The notes below the pieces were generated by a model that did no database searches, had not been told where the DNA came from, and saw only the letters and a list, made by a program, of their open reading frames with translations. Source: Chiloscyllium plagiosum (taxonomy: Eukaryota). Taken from it: 35,272 nt of DNA. Shown here piece after piece: positions 10,736-22,700 of the stretch. Both the position numbers and the translations under genes were made by a program. The first letter of the stretch is position 1; the number at the start of each line of letters is the position of its first letter. Location: NCBI RefSeq assembly GCF_004010195.1, contig NC_057720.1, positions 36,824,334-36,859,605 of the forward strand. The letters run 5' to 3'.

Positions 10736-13700
10736 GTGGGTAGTAAAGTCTGAAAGTTTTCTTCACTTGCTGATTTTAGTTAAATTGATTTTTGCAGCTT
10801 TCTGACTGTTTGATGTAATGTGTCCTATTATGTATTTTGTCCAGGAAAAACTGGCAGTCTGTGTGTTTATATGGAATTACAACTGGCCTCTCAATGTTTG
10901 ACTATGACATGAAAATATGTTTACCATTAATGCATAGAGTAAATGGCTTGCAATTTCTATATATCAATAATAACTGTCCATTTCTCTATTTGTTGTTTTT
11001 ATTGCCTTTGCAGAGGTACCAAGAATATTAACTGGCAAGGAAGCTGCCTACCATTCCTTTAAGGATCTGATTGAAATCCATTCCATTAGAGCATGCCTTC
11101 TGTCCTGGTATGATAAAAGTAAACGAGAGTTACCTTGGCGGAGGATGGTATGTTCTGGATGTCCAAATTTTATTGATGTGCTTACCCTAAGATTTGTTAT
11201 TTTAGAGTGTTTAATTCATGCAACATTTCATTTTTAGGCTGTGACAGAATCTGATTTGAATAAAAGGGCTTATGCAGGTATTGTGAACGCTATTTTTGTT
11301 ATTATTTTCTATCTCATCCCATTGTTTCTGCGTTTTGATCTCATGTGTCCTCTTGCTAGCTAAAAAGACAACTGGTTGAACAGTTTTAAAGTCTCTGGCA
11401 ATATTACTGTTTGACATGATCAAGAACGTGTATGAAGTTACTTTTTTAATTGCAGAGTTTGGCACTTACTCCCTCAGTGGTCAGTTTTGATCGTCTTTGC
11501 AATAAAAGCTGTTCCAAATTCCATTCTCCATTATGACTCAGTGCAGTGTACCTGTTGGCCTGGTGGTGAGGTTCTCAGAATATGTTTGCTTCCTACTTTC
11601 CTGATTGCTGTCTTTACAATGCTATGTAATTTGACTGGAAAGATATAAAATACTGTGGGAGGAATTTTCCCAACACCTCAATGACATAGACAGTGCTGAG
11701 TCACTAGGGAGAATATGGCAAGATTGGAAAATGAAGTATAGACATTGAGAAAAATATTCCGATGTTGCTGCCAACTTTTCAATAGTGAGATGGGAATCTT
11801 GCTCGTGAGCAGTGAGAGGCCAATTTGCATGTATTACCATCTTCTTATTACCTATCCTCACCAGATTTATAAGGCCATAAGAAGGGGTTAGATGGATATG
11901 GGCCGGGTGCTAGCAAGTGCAATTAGATTATGTTGGGATAGCTGGTCGGCATGGAGGAGTTGGACTTAAGGGTCTGTTTCCGTGCTGGACTTCTCTATGA
12001 TTCTATGACTCTTTGACATAGGAGTAGAAGTAGGTCATTCAGCCCATCTAGTTTACTCTGCCTTTCAATGAGATCATGACTGATCACATAATCCTGAACT
12101 TCACTTTCCTTCCTTTTCCCTATGACCCTTGATTCCCTTACGGATTAAAAATCTCAGATCTCAGCCTTGAGTATTCTTAACGAACCTACCTTGACAGCCC
12201 TCTGTGGTAAAGAATTCCACAGATTCACTATTGTCTGACAGAAGAAATTATCCCCTGTTTTAAATGTGTGACTCCTTATTTTGAGATTATGCTCTCTAGT
12301 CCTGGAGTCTCTAACAAAAGGAAACAGCCTTTCCATTTTACACAATCAAATCCCCTAAGAATCTTATATATTTAAATTATTTTGCTTTTCATTCTTCTAA
12401 GTTCCAAAAAGCAGAGGCCCAGTCTTCCATACCAGTTTCTGGACTGTCTCCCTTGCTAGTATAATTTTCCTTAGATTATTCCAGCTGTGGTCCAACTAAG
12501 CCTTATATAGTTTTCGGAAAACCTCCCAATTTTTATTCTCCATCCCCTTTGAAAGAAAAGCCAACCTTCTGTTTATTTTCCTTGTTACCCGCTGAACTTC
12601 GATGCTGACTTTCTGTGATTCATGCACAACATCTGTTTTGTAGATTTCTGCAGTCTTATGCCATTTAAATAATACTTAGCTCCTATTATTCCTGCCAAAG
12701 TGCATAAAGTCACATTTTTCCATATATTTTATCTGCCAAATTATTGCCTGCTTGTTTAAGTAATCTACGTTCCTCTGCAGTGTCTTTATGGGGAGGTGAC
12801 AGCTTAGTGGTGTTATTGCTGAACTGTTAATTCAGAGACCCAGGTAATATTCTGGAGACTCAGGTTTGAATCCTGCATGGAATTTGAATTCAATGAAAAA
12901 ACTGGAATTAAGAGTCTCATGATGACCATGAAACCGTTGCTGATTGTCAGAAAAAGTCATCTGGTTCGCCAGTGTGCTTTAAGGAAGGAAATTGCCAGCA
13001 TTTATCTGGTCTGGCCTACATGTGGTTGACTTTTAACTACCATCTGAACAATTAGAGCCAGCGATGCCCTCGTCCAGTGAATGAATACAGGTAAATCTCA
13101 CCACTTGCCTTCTAACCTATTTTTGTATCATCTGCAAACGTGGGTATAATACCTTTGCTTTCCTCAACCAAGTCATCAGTAAATGGTTGTGCCCCAGACC
13201 TGATCCCTCTGGCATTCAACTAATAACAGGTGGCCATCCGAAAATGTCCCCTTGTCTAAACTTGCTGTCTTCTATTAGTTAACAAATCCTCTAATCTTGT
13301 CAATGTACTTATATTATCTTATTAAGTAGCCGGATGTATGGTACCTTTTTCAAATGCCTTCTGAAAATTCAAATATATTCTATTCGCGGGTTACTTATCC
13401 TGTTTGTTACTTCCTCAAAGAATTTTATTAAATTTGTCAGGAATCATTTCTCCTTCGTGACTCTGCTTGATCATATTATGTATATCTAAATGCTGTGTCT
13501 TTACATACTTTACAATATATTCTTTAACATTTTTCAGAAACAACCATTACCTTTTTGTTATGTCCTTCCCTTATTAACTAAAAATGTTACATTGGCAGTT
13601 TTCCAATTCTCTGAAACTTTTCCCAGAATCTAAGGATTCTTGGAAAATTGCTAGCAGTGTATCCACTATCTCAGTAGCTACTTCCTTTAATATCGTGGGA

Positions 13701-16700
13701 TATATCCCATCAGGTCCAAGAGACTTATTGGTCTTTAACCTTAATAGTTTTCCGAGCATGCTTTCTCTTGTGACAATTATTGTGTTTATTTCCTCCCTTC
13801 TTTTGGCCCCTTGATTATTTGGTAATTTTGGAATATGTTGGTGTGTTCTACTGTGAAGACAGATGCAAAGTATTTATTCAACTCCTCTGCCATTTCCTGG
13901 TTCATCATTATTAGTTTCCAGCTTTGCTGTCTCAGGGAACCTGTGTTCACTTTGGCTTCTATCTTCGTTTTTATATACTTATGTATATTTTTTATATATA
14001 AAGAAGCTCTTGCTGTATATCTTGATATTACTTGCAAGTTTACTCTCTTGATTTATCTTTGCCCTCCTTAGTTTTTTTTGGTCATCTTTTGTTAGTTTTT
14101 AAGACTTACCTAATGCTCTTGCTTACACTAATGTTCGCTAAATTGTACATTTTTTCTTTCAATTTAATGCAATCTTTAACTTCCCTGGTTAACAATGGTA
14201 CCTTATTCCCTTCCTAGAATCATTCTTCCTCACTAGATTATCTAATCAGAATTTCTACAGCGTTGAAGCAAACTATTTAGTCCACCATGTATTTAGAATG
14301 TTGTTTTATTATGAGGGGAATTGAATGCAAGAGTAGGGAAGTTTTGCTTGAGTTGTACAGATTAGATTGGATCTAGAGTACTACGTACAATATTGGTCAT
14401 TGTACTTATGGAAGGACGCTTATTCTTTGGAAGCAGTTCAGAGATGGTTTACTAGATCTTTGGAGTGAGTAGATTGTCTTATGAGGGTAGCCTAGATAGG
14501 CTAGCCTTTATCCTCTGGAGTTTAGAATACTCAGATTGATTTAATTTAAATAGAAGATTTTGGGGGGATTTGACCAAGCAGATTTTGAAGTATGTTTGCT
14601 CTTGTGGGGCATCTAGAATTAGAGTCATAGAGCTGTAGAGAATGGAAACAGACCTTTTGGTGCAACTCATCCATCCTGACCAGATATCCTAAATTAATCT
14701 AGACCCATTTTCCAGCATTTGGCCCAAATCACTCTAAGCCCTTCCTATTCATATACCCTTTAGGTGCCTTTTAAATGTTGTAATTGTACCAGTCTCTACC
14801 ACTTCCTCTGGCAGCTCTTTCCATAAATGCACAACCCTCGGCGTGAAAAAGTTGTTCCTTAGGTCCCTTTTAAATTTTTCCCCTCTCACCTTAAAGCTAA
14901 GCCCTCTAGCTTTGGACTCCACTAACCTGGAGAAAAGACCTTGGCTATTCACCCTATCTATGCCCCTCATGATTTTATAAACTTTTGTAAGGTCACCCCT
15001 CAGCCTACAACATTCAAGGAAAAATGCCCCCAGCCTATTTAGCTTCTCCCTATAGCTCAAATCCTCCAAGCCTGGCCACATCCTGTAAATCTTCTCTGAT
15101 CCCTTTCCAGTTTCACAACATCCTTCCTACAACAGGGAGACCAGAATTGAACAAGGAGTCATACTTTTAAAATAAGGGGTCACCCGTTTAAGACAGAGAT
15201 GAGGGAACTTTTTTTTCTCAGAGGGTTCTGAGTCTTTGGAATTTCCTTCCTCAAAGGGCAATAGATGCAGAATCTTTAATTATTTTTAAGGCAGAGTAGA
15301 TAGATTTTTCATTACCAAGGGGACAAAGGATTATCTGGGATATCCATGAAAGTAGAGTTGAAATTAAAATTAGATCAGCTGCAATCTTATTGAATGGCAG
15401 AGCAGGTACAAAGGGTAGCATGGCCTAAACTTGTTCCTTGTTCCTTGTTCATAAGACCTGTTCTGAGTCTGATTTTCCTCACAGGAGTTCACAGGAACTG
15501 TGACCAATGGATCTAGTCACAGATGGGGTTATTGTAATTGTTGTTGTGCAATAGAGGAGTTGAGAAATTGAGGCAGACCAAATGTGCCACAAAGCTCAGG
15601 ACAAATAGCAGCATCCAGCGGTAGCTGTACAGCAGCTAAAGATAACCCCAGGATGTAGAGGAGCTACAGGAGACCAGAATCTATTGTCCTTGACATCATT
15701 TCCTGCACATTGCCATTGCAGACTGACGATGCCCCTGGAAACTGTTTTGGAATTACATCATCTACTAGAGTGGGTCTTGCAACCTGAAGGGATTAGTGGC
15801 TGTTCTTAACCAGTGACTGTCAAAGTGACAGCTGCATTAAATTTTCATGCACTTGGCTGCTTCCAATAATTTACTGGAGACCTATGTGAGATCTGTCAAC
15901 CAGCAATCCATAAATGTATCAAAGCTGTTACCTATGCAGTTTGTGACAGATTACATGATTTATCTTGTTTCTTCATGATGAGGTCAGAGCTACAACATGG
16001 GCAGTAGGCTTTGCTAACATAGCTGGCTTCACCAAGTGATACAGACTGTGTTACATTGAAAATGTAGCTGGCTTTATCAATAGAAAAGAGTTTGATTCCA
16101 TTATTATACAAGTCATGTGATCATCAGTATCACATTTCAGAAGTCTGTGGCAGCTAGCCTGGGAGCTGCCCTAATGTCTGTATCCTTGGGAACTCTCATG
16201 TTTCTGCTTCGATTCAAGGACCAAGTGCCTTCCAAGGATGTTCACTGGGAGACTGGGGCTACCCTTTTCAGTTATAACTGGGTCTATTGTTGGCAAATGA
16301 ACTAATTGTTGCTATGAGTAATCAATGATTCTACTAACGTTATTTCAGGCAGCTACCAGGATAATCAAAGACAAACGAAGAACTGTTACATTTTTTTAAT
16401 ATGTCCAGCAATTGCCAGGACCCCCCCTTACTTGTTTTACTTTTATGCCAGTGTTCTGATTTTGTAAAATCTTGGCCTCATCTTCCTTCACAGTTTGGGT
16501 GTCTGAGATCATGTTGCAACAAACACAGGTAGTTACTGTGATCAACTACTATAACAAATGGATGCAGGTAAAACAAAACCTCAATGGCCTCATTCTAAGA
16601 ATAATTTTGATTGGTGCAGGCAACACAAGTCTTAATATCCTGTCACTGCTTTCATTTTCAGAGATGGCCAACCTTGCAGGATCTCGCTAAAGCTACCCTT

Positions 16701-19700
16701 GAGGTAAAGAATGCTTTCATCATCTGATTATATTAATTTCATTCAGATTCATTTTAATTTTTATAGAAGTACATTCGTGAACAAATGCTGTGAATTGATG
16801 TTTCCAAAGGCTTCTTTTATTTTGCAATGATGTTGCTGGAAAGAATTAATGTTCGCAAAGAAAAGAGAAGTTTCAGTATTCTATGGCGATTTATTGCATC
16901 TTACTAAGAGGTTTCACATGGTGAATTGGGAAACAATAGTTTGTGAATGTTCTGTTTGTGTTTGCCCATTCCCAATAGAAGTATCAGCTTATGGACACAG
17001 TCATACTTCCCAAAATCTTAGATCTGATATTTTTGGTTGTCCATCCAAAATGCATCCATTCATTTTCTGTATTTAAGTCGAGGATTTCTCCAATGTGTAC
17101 TTGTCATTTTAGAAGGCTACTAATAACAATGACATCATATGCTTTTGTATCACATTTGAATGTGCGCTGAGTTTAACCATTGATTGTCATTTACTGAAAC
17201 AAGCAATAATGGTAAATTGTTGAAGTCGGTCCAAACAATAGAAGGATTTCAAATTAGTTTATGAAAGAGTTAATCTATACAGTTGTTTTCTTTGCAGATG
17301 TCCTTAAAGGCAAAACATGAATCAGTACAGGTAGTTCTTCCATAATGCCGTAATTGCGTTCCAGCGAAACCTCACTTAATAGAAAATTGCTTAATAGAAA
17401 TAATAGAACCTGGGGAAACATGGGATTAGAAGCAGAACAGCAAAAGATATTACACATGATCACTGAAAAATCATCCAGAAGTCTTATGCAAAGTAGAGTG
17501 TTATGACACAGGGTTAAACCCTCTGGCTTAATTTCAAACCAGCAACACAGAAAATATTTATCCTGTGCAGCAAACTGTAAAACTTTAAGTGGCTAAGAAC
17601 TATTTAACATAAAAATTAATAACTTTATTTCTTAAAGTATAACAGAGAATAATTAACTAATAACTATTTACAATTCCTTCCTCTAACCTATCTTTTACCT
17701 CCCCTTCTATAATACTAATCCGATAAAACTCCCAATTAAGATTTACAGGAAAATTGAAATTTTAAAACCAGCCAGCGGTTGAATCTTCTATTTATCTTTG
17801 TCGATAGATTGGCTTTCCAGGTCAATATTGAGGTTTTCTCTGGGCAAACGCCTTCTCTAAACAGGTACCTATCAGAGTTCTGACTAGCAGTCTACGGCTG
17901 TTTGTGTGGTGGCAGTTTTCCTCCCAACTGTTCAATTTTCCCCAGTTTTATACATCAAAGCATCGGATTATGTCATTGGCTTTTAAGATTGTCAATGTAC
18001 TCAATTCAAGCTTGATTGGAATTTGGTATTTTTTGGGGGCATAATTTAAACTGATTGGTATAATTTGAATCTGTTTTGTAATTTCCAGGCAGCTAGATAC
18101 TCCAGTAGCTGGAGCACATTCTGTCTTATTGAGAACACTTAGTGCTGTCATTGCTCGCTTTTACTCTCTTAAAGGTACAGTACACCCACATTTTCATAAC
18201 ACCTCCCTCTCTACTTTTTTAAACACATTACCCTAGCATACATATAACTTTAATATAAGTTCACCTTAACTTCTTCCTATATATGTATAACATTAAATAA
18301 AGACAGATCTCATCTAATCTCTTATCAGTTAAATCCATGATAACGCATCTGGGATTACATTCTTCCGACCTGCAGCATGTATGATTTTTAAATTAAAAGT
18401 CTGTAACATAAGATTTCAATGAAATAGTCTCATATTCTTGTCTTTAAAATGTTCTAAGAATGTAAGCTGATTGTGGTGAATGTACATAACCGTCTCCGAC
18501 ACATTGCTCGTGACATACACATTAAAATGCTGTAAGGCCAGTATCAAAACACAGTAGTTCTTTTTCGATCATGGAGTATTTCCTTTGGTGGATGTTGATC
18601 TTCTTCAAAAGGTAACCAACTTTTGTGAGAAGATTTGTAGCTCGGGCGCTCGTTGCTGTGGTTCTGTTCGCCGAGCTGGAAGCTTTTGTTGCAAACGTTT
18701 CGTCCCCTGTCTAGGTGACATCTTCAGTGCTTGGGAGCCTCCTGTGAAGCGCTTCTGTGATGTTTCCTCCGGCATTTATAGTGGATGACTGGGACAACAC
18801 TACCATTATAGGGCAAGCCAAACAAAGAACAGCCAGGGAATTCCTAGAAGCATGGCACATCCACAAACTCCATCAACAAACACAACNNNNNNNNNNNNNN
18901 NNNNNNNNNNNNNNNNNNNNNNNNNNNNNNNNNNNNNNNNNNNNNNNNNNNNNNNNNNNNNNNNNNNNNNNNNNNNNNNNNNNNNNNNNNNNNNNNNNNN
19001 NNNNNNNNNNNNNNNNNNNNNNNNNNNNNNNNNNNNNNNNNNNNNNNNNNNNNNNNNNNNNNNNNNNNNNNNNNNNNNNNNNNNNNNNNNNNNNNNNNNN
19101 NNNNNNNNNNNNNNNNNNNNNNNNNNNNNNNNNNNNNNNNNNNNNNNNNNNNNNNNNNNNNNNNNNNNNNNNNNNNNNNNNNNNNNNNNNNNNNNNNNNN
19201 NNNNNNNNNNNNNNNNNNNNNNNNNNNNNNNNNNNNNNNNNNNNNNNNNNNNNNNNNNNNNNNNNNNNNNNNNNNNNNNNNNNNNNNNNNNNNNNNNNNN
19301 NNNNNNNNNNNNNNNNNNNNNNNNNNNNNNNNNNNNNNNNNNNNNNNNNNNNNNNNNNNNNNNNNNNNNNNNNNNNNNNNNNNNNNNNNNNNNNNNNNNN
19401 NNNNNNNNNNNNNNNNNNNNNNNNNNNNNNNNNNNNNNNNNNNNNNNNNNNNNNNNNNNNNNNNNNNNNNNNNNNNNNNNNNNNNNNNNNNNNNNNNNNN
19501 NNNNNNNNNNNNNNNNNNNNNNNNNNNNNNNNNNNNNNNNNNNNNNNNNNNNNNNNNNNNNNNNNNNNNNNNNNNNNNNNNNNNNNNNNNNNNNNNNNNN
19601 NNNNNNNNNNNNNNNNNNNNNNNNNNNNNNNNNNNNNNNNNNNNNNNNNNNNNNNNNNNNNNNNNNNNNNNNNNNNNNNNNNNNNNNNNNNNNNNNNNNN

Positions 19701-22700
19701 TGTGTTTGTTGTTGGAGTTTGTGGATGCGTGCCATGCTTCTAGGAATTCCCTGGCTTTTCTTTGTTTGGCTTGCCCTATAATGGTAGTGTTGTCCCAGTC
19801 GAATTCATGTTGCTTGTCGTCAGCGTGGGAATTCCTAGAAGCATGGCACTCATCCACAAACTCCATCAACAAACACATCGACCTGGACCCAATATACCGG
19901 CCACTACAGCGGACAGCTGAAACTGACAACCGGAAGTGGCAGGGACAGGCCACTATAAATGCCGGAGGAAACACCACAGAAGCGCTTCACAGGAGGCTCC
20001 CAAGCACTGAAGATGTCACCTAGACAGGGGACGAAACGTTTGCAACAAAAACTTTCAGCTCGGCGAACAGAACCACAGCAGGTTACCAACTGGCAGTTCA
20101 GTCCCATCCTCATCTTCCTGTAGGAGTACAGCTCCAACTCCAGTGTCACTAGCATTGATGGCAACTTTAAAAGGTTTTGAAAAGTTTGGTGTAGCTAAAA
20201 CTGGTTTGGTGGTTAATATTGATTTCAAATGGTCGAATGCCTCCTGGCATGGGTCTGTTCACCGAAACTGTGTTCTTCTTCAGCAAATTGCTTAACGGTG
20301 TCACAACTCTGCTGAAGTTTGGAAAAAGCTTCCAATAGAATCTGTTGAGTCTGATGAATTGAAGCACCTTTTTCTGCGAGGTTGTTTGTGGGAATTCCTT
20401 GATGACCTTTTGTCTTTGCATTCCGTGGGGTCAGCCTTCCATGATCAATGTTATGTGCCAAGAATGTCACCTCTGCTTTCGCAAATTCCGTTTTATTTAA
20501 ATTTATCACTAGTTTTGCTTCTCATAGTCGTTCAAAGAGCTCTGCCAACTGTATCATTTGATCTTTCCAGGACTTACTAAAGATCACTACATCCTCCAAA
20601 TAGACTGCACAGTTTGTTAACTCAGCCATAACTCTGTTCATGAGTCTTTGGAATGTGGCAGGTGCGTTCTTCATTCCAAAGGGCATCACTTTAAACTGAT
20701 ATAGATCATTTGGGGTGACAAACGTGGAAATTTCTTACACTGACTCTGATAAAGTTACCTGCCAGTAACCACGCATTAAGTCCAACTTGGTGATTAACTG
20801 GCTTGTCCGACTTTCCAATCGAGCAATTGGATATGAGTCCGATTTTGTAATGGCGTTGACCCTCCGATAATCCACGCAGAATTGTTGAGTCCCGTCCGGT
20901 TTGGGGACTAAGACAATCAGCGAACTCTACTTGCTCTGGCTTGGTTCAATGATGTCCTCGTTGAGCATGGCCTCTACCTCCTTCTGGACCTGTCCGGCTT
21001 TGAAAGGAGGAAGCCAATAGGGATGTTGTTTTATCCGAGCAGTACTTCCTATGTCTACATCGTGTACAATAGCATTAGTCCTCCCTATCTGATTCGTACA
21101 TATATCCTTATACTGATCTTTTCTTTATCTTCATCGGTAGATTGGCTCTCCAGGTCAGTATTATGGTTTTTCTCTGGGCAAAGTCCTTCTCTAGACAGGT
21201 ACTTTTCAGAGAGTTCTGACTATCAGTCTACGGCTGTTTGTGTCGTGGCAGTTTTCCTTCCAGCTGTTCAATTTTCCCCGGTTTTATACCACAAAGCATC
21301 GGATTGTGTCATTGGCTTTAAAGATTGTCAGTATACTCAATTCAAACTTTAATGGAATTTGGTATTTTTTTCGGGGTATAAGGCGTAATTCAAATCTGTT
21401 TTATCATTTCCAGACAACCAGCTACCCCAGTAGCTGGAGCACATATTTCATTGTGTCTTATTGAGAACACTTGGTGCTGTTCCTGCTAGCTTTTACTCTC
21501 ATTTCCATAACAATAGCACAGCCTGAATGAAGGTTGAAATCATATTTATTAATGAAGCAAAAGTAAATTTAATGCAGTACATCTAAAATATGCAAGAAAG
21601 CTGCTTTTCTGTACAGTATGTCTCACAGAAAGCTGCTCTGTCGGCAGCTGACATCAGCGCATGTGCAGATCTGCATGAAGACCAGTGTTGACTTTGCGTA
21701 TGTGCATGATGGCACAAAGACTGGTGCTGACATCGGCCATGTGCGTAACAGCACGAAGACTGGCGCAAGCATCGTGCATGTGCAGGTTGGCCTGAAGACC
21801 GGTGCTGACATCGCGCGTATGTATAACGGCACGAAGACTGCACTGACATCGCACATGTGCGGAACGGCATGAAGACCGGCGCTGACATCGTGCATGTGCG
21901 TAACAGCACAAAGACCAGCACTGACATCGTGCATGTGCATAATGGCACGAAGACTGGCACTGACATGGTGCATGTGCGTAATGGCATGAAGACCAGCGCT
22001 GACATCGCACATATGCGTAACGGCATGAAGACTGGCGCTGACACTGCCCATGTGCAAGCTGACATGAAGACCTGTGCTGACATCGTGCATGTACATAATG
22101 GCATGAAGACTGGCGCTGACATCGCACATATGCAGGATGTCATGAAGACCTCTGCTGACATCGCACATGTGCGTAATGGCATGAAGACCGGCGCTAACAT
22201 CGCACATATGCGTAACGGCATGAAGACTGGCGCTGACACTGCCCATGTGCAAGCTGACATGAAGACCAGCGCTGACATTGTGCATGTGCATAACGGCACG
22301 AAGACCAGCACTGACATTGCACATGTGTGTAACAGCACGAAGACTGCACTGACATTGCACATGTGTGTAACAGCACGAAGACTGCACTGACATTGCACAT
22401 GTGCATAACAGCACGAAGACTGCACTGACATCGCACATGTGTGTAACGGCACTGACATTGCACATGTACATAACGGCACGAAGACTGGCACTGACATTGC
22501 GCATGTACGTAACGGCACGAAGACCAGCACTGACATTGCACATGTGTGTAACGGCACTGACATTGCACATGTGTGTAACAGCATGAAGACTGCACTGACA
22601 TTGCACATGTGCATAACGGCACGAAGGCTGCACTGACATCGCACATGGGAGTGACGGCACTGACATTGCACATGTGTGTAACAGCATGAAGACTGCACTG

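Larger units (their letters stand above)
18622..20080. mobile_element. Young palindromic Penelope-like insertion within the Gypsy RNase H
   Basis: Near-identical inverted arms (18654-18784 vs ~19950-20080) and GIY-YIG C-terminal peptide [25 protein letters not shown]. Flanked by ggtaaccaact (18611-18621) and ggttaccaact (20081-20091). Confidence 0.88.
17499..21512 (-). mobile_element. Internally deleted Gypsy/Ty3 LTR retrotransposon (RT and RNase H remnants)
   Basis: Minus strand gives HDVDIG...IKQHPYWL...[40 protein letters not shown] and [21 protein letters not shown]...[24 protein letters not shown] copies lie at both ends, with flanks AGAG/ATAG (possible 4-bp TSD, one mismatch). Confidence 0.9.

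Noticed and set aside
18757..19977. 300+ aa ORFs
   Set aside because: They are produced by translation through the 814-N gap.
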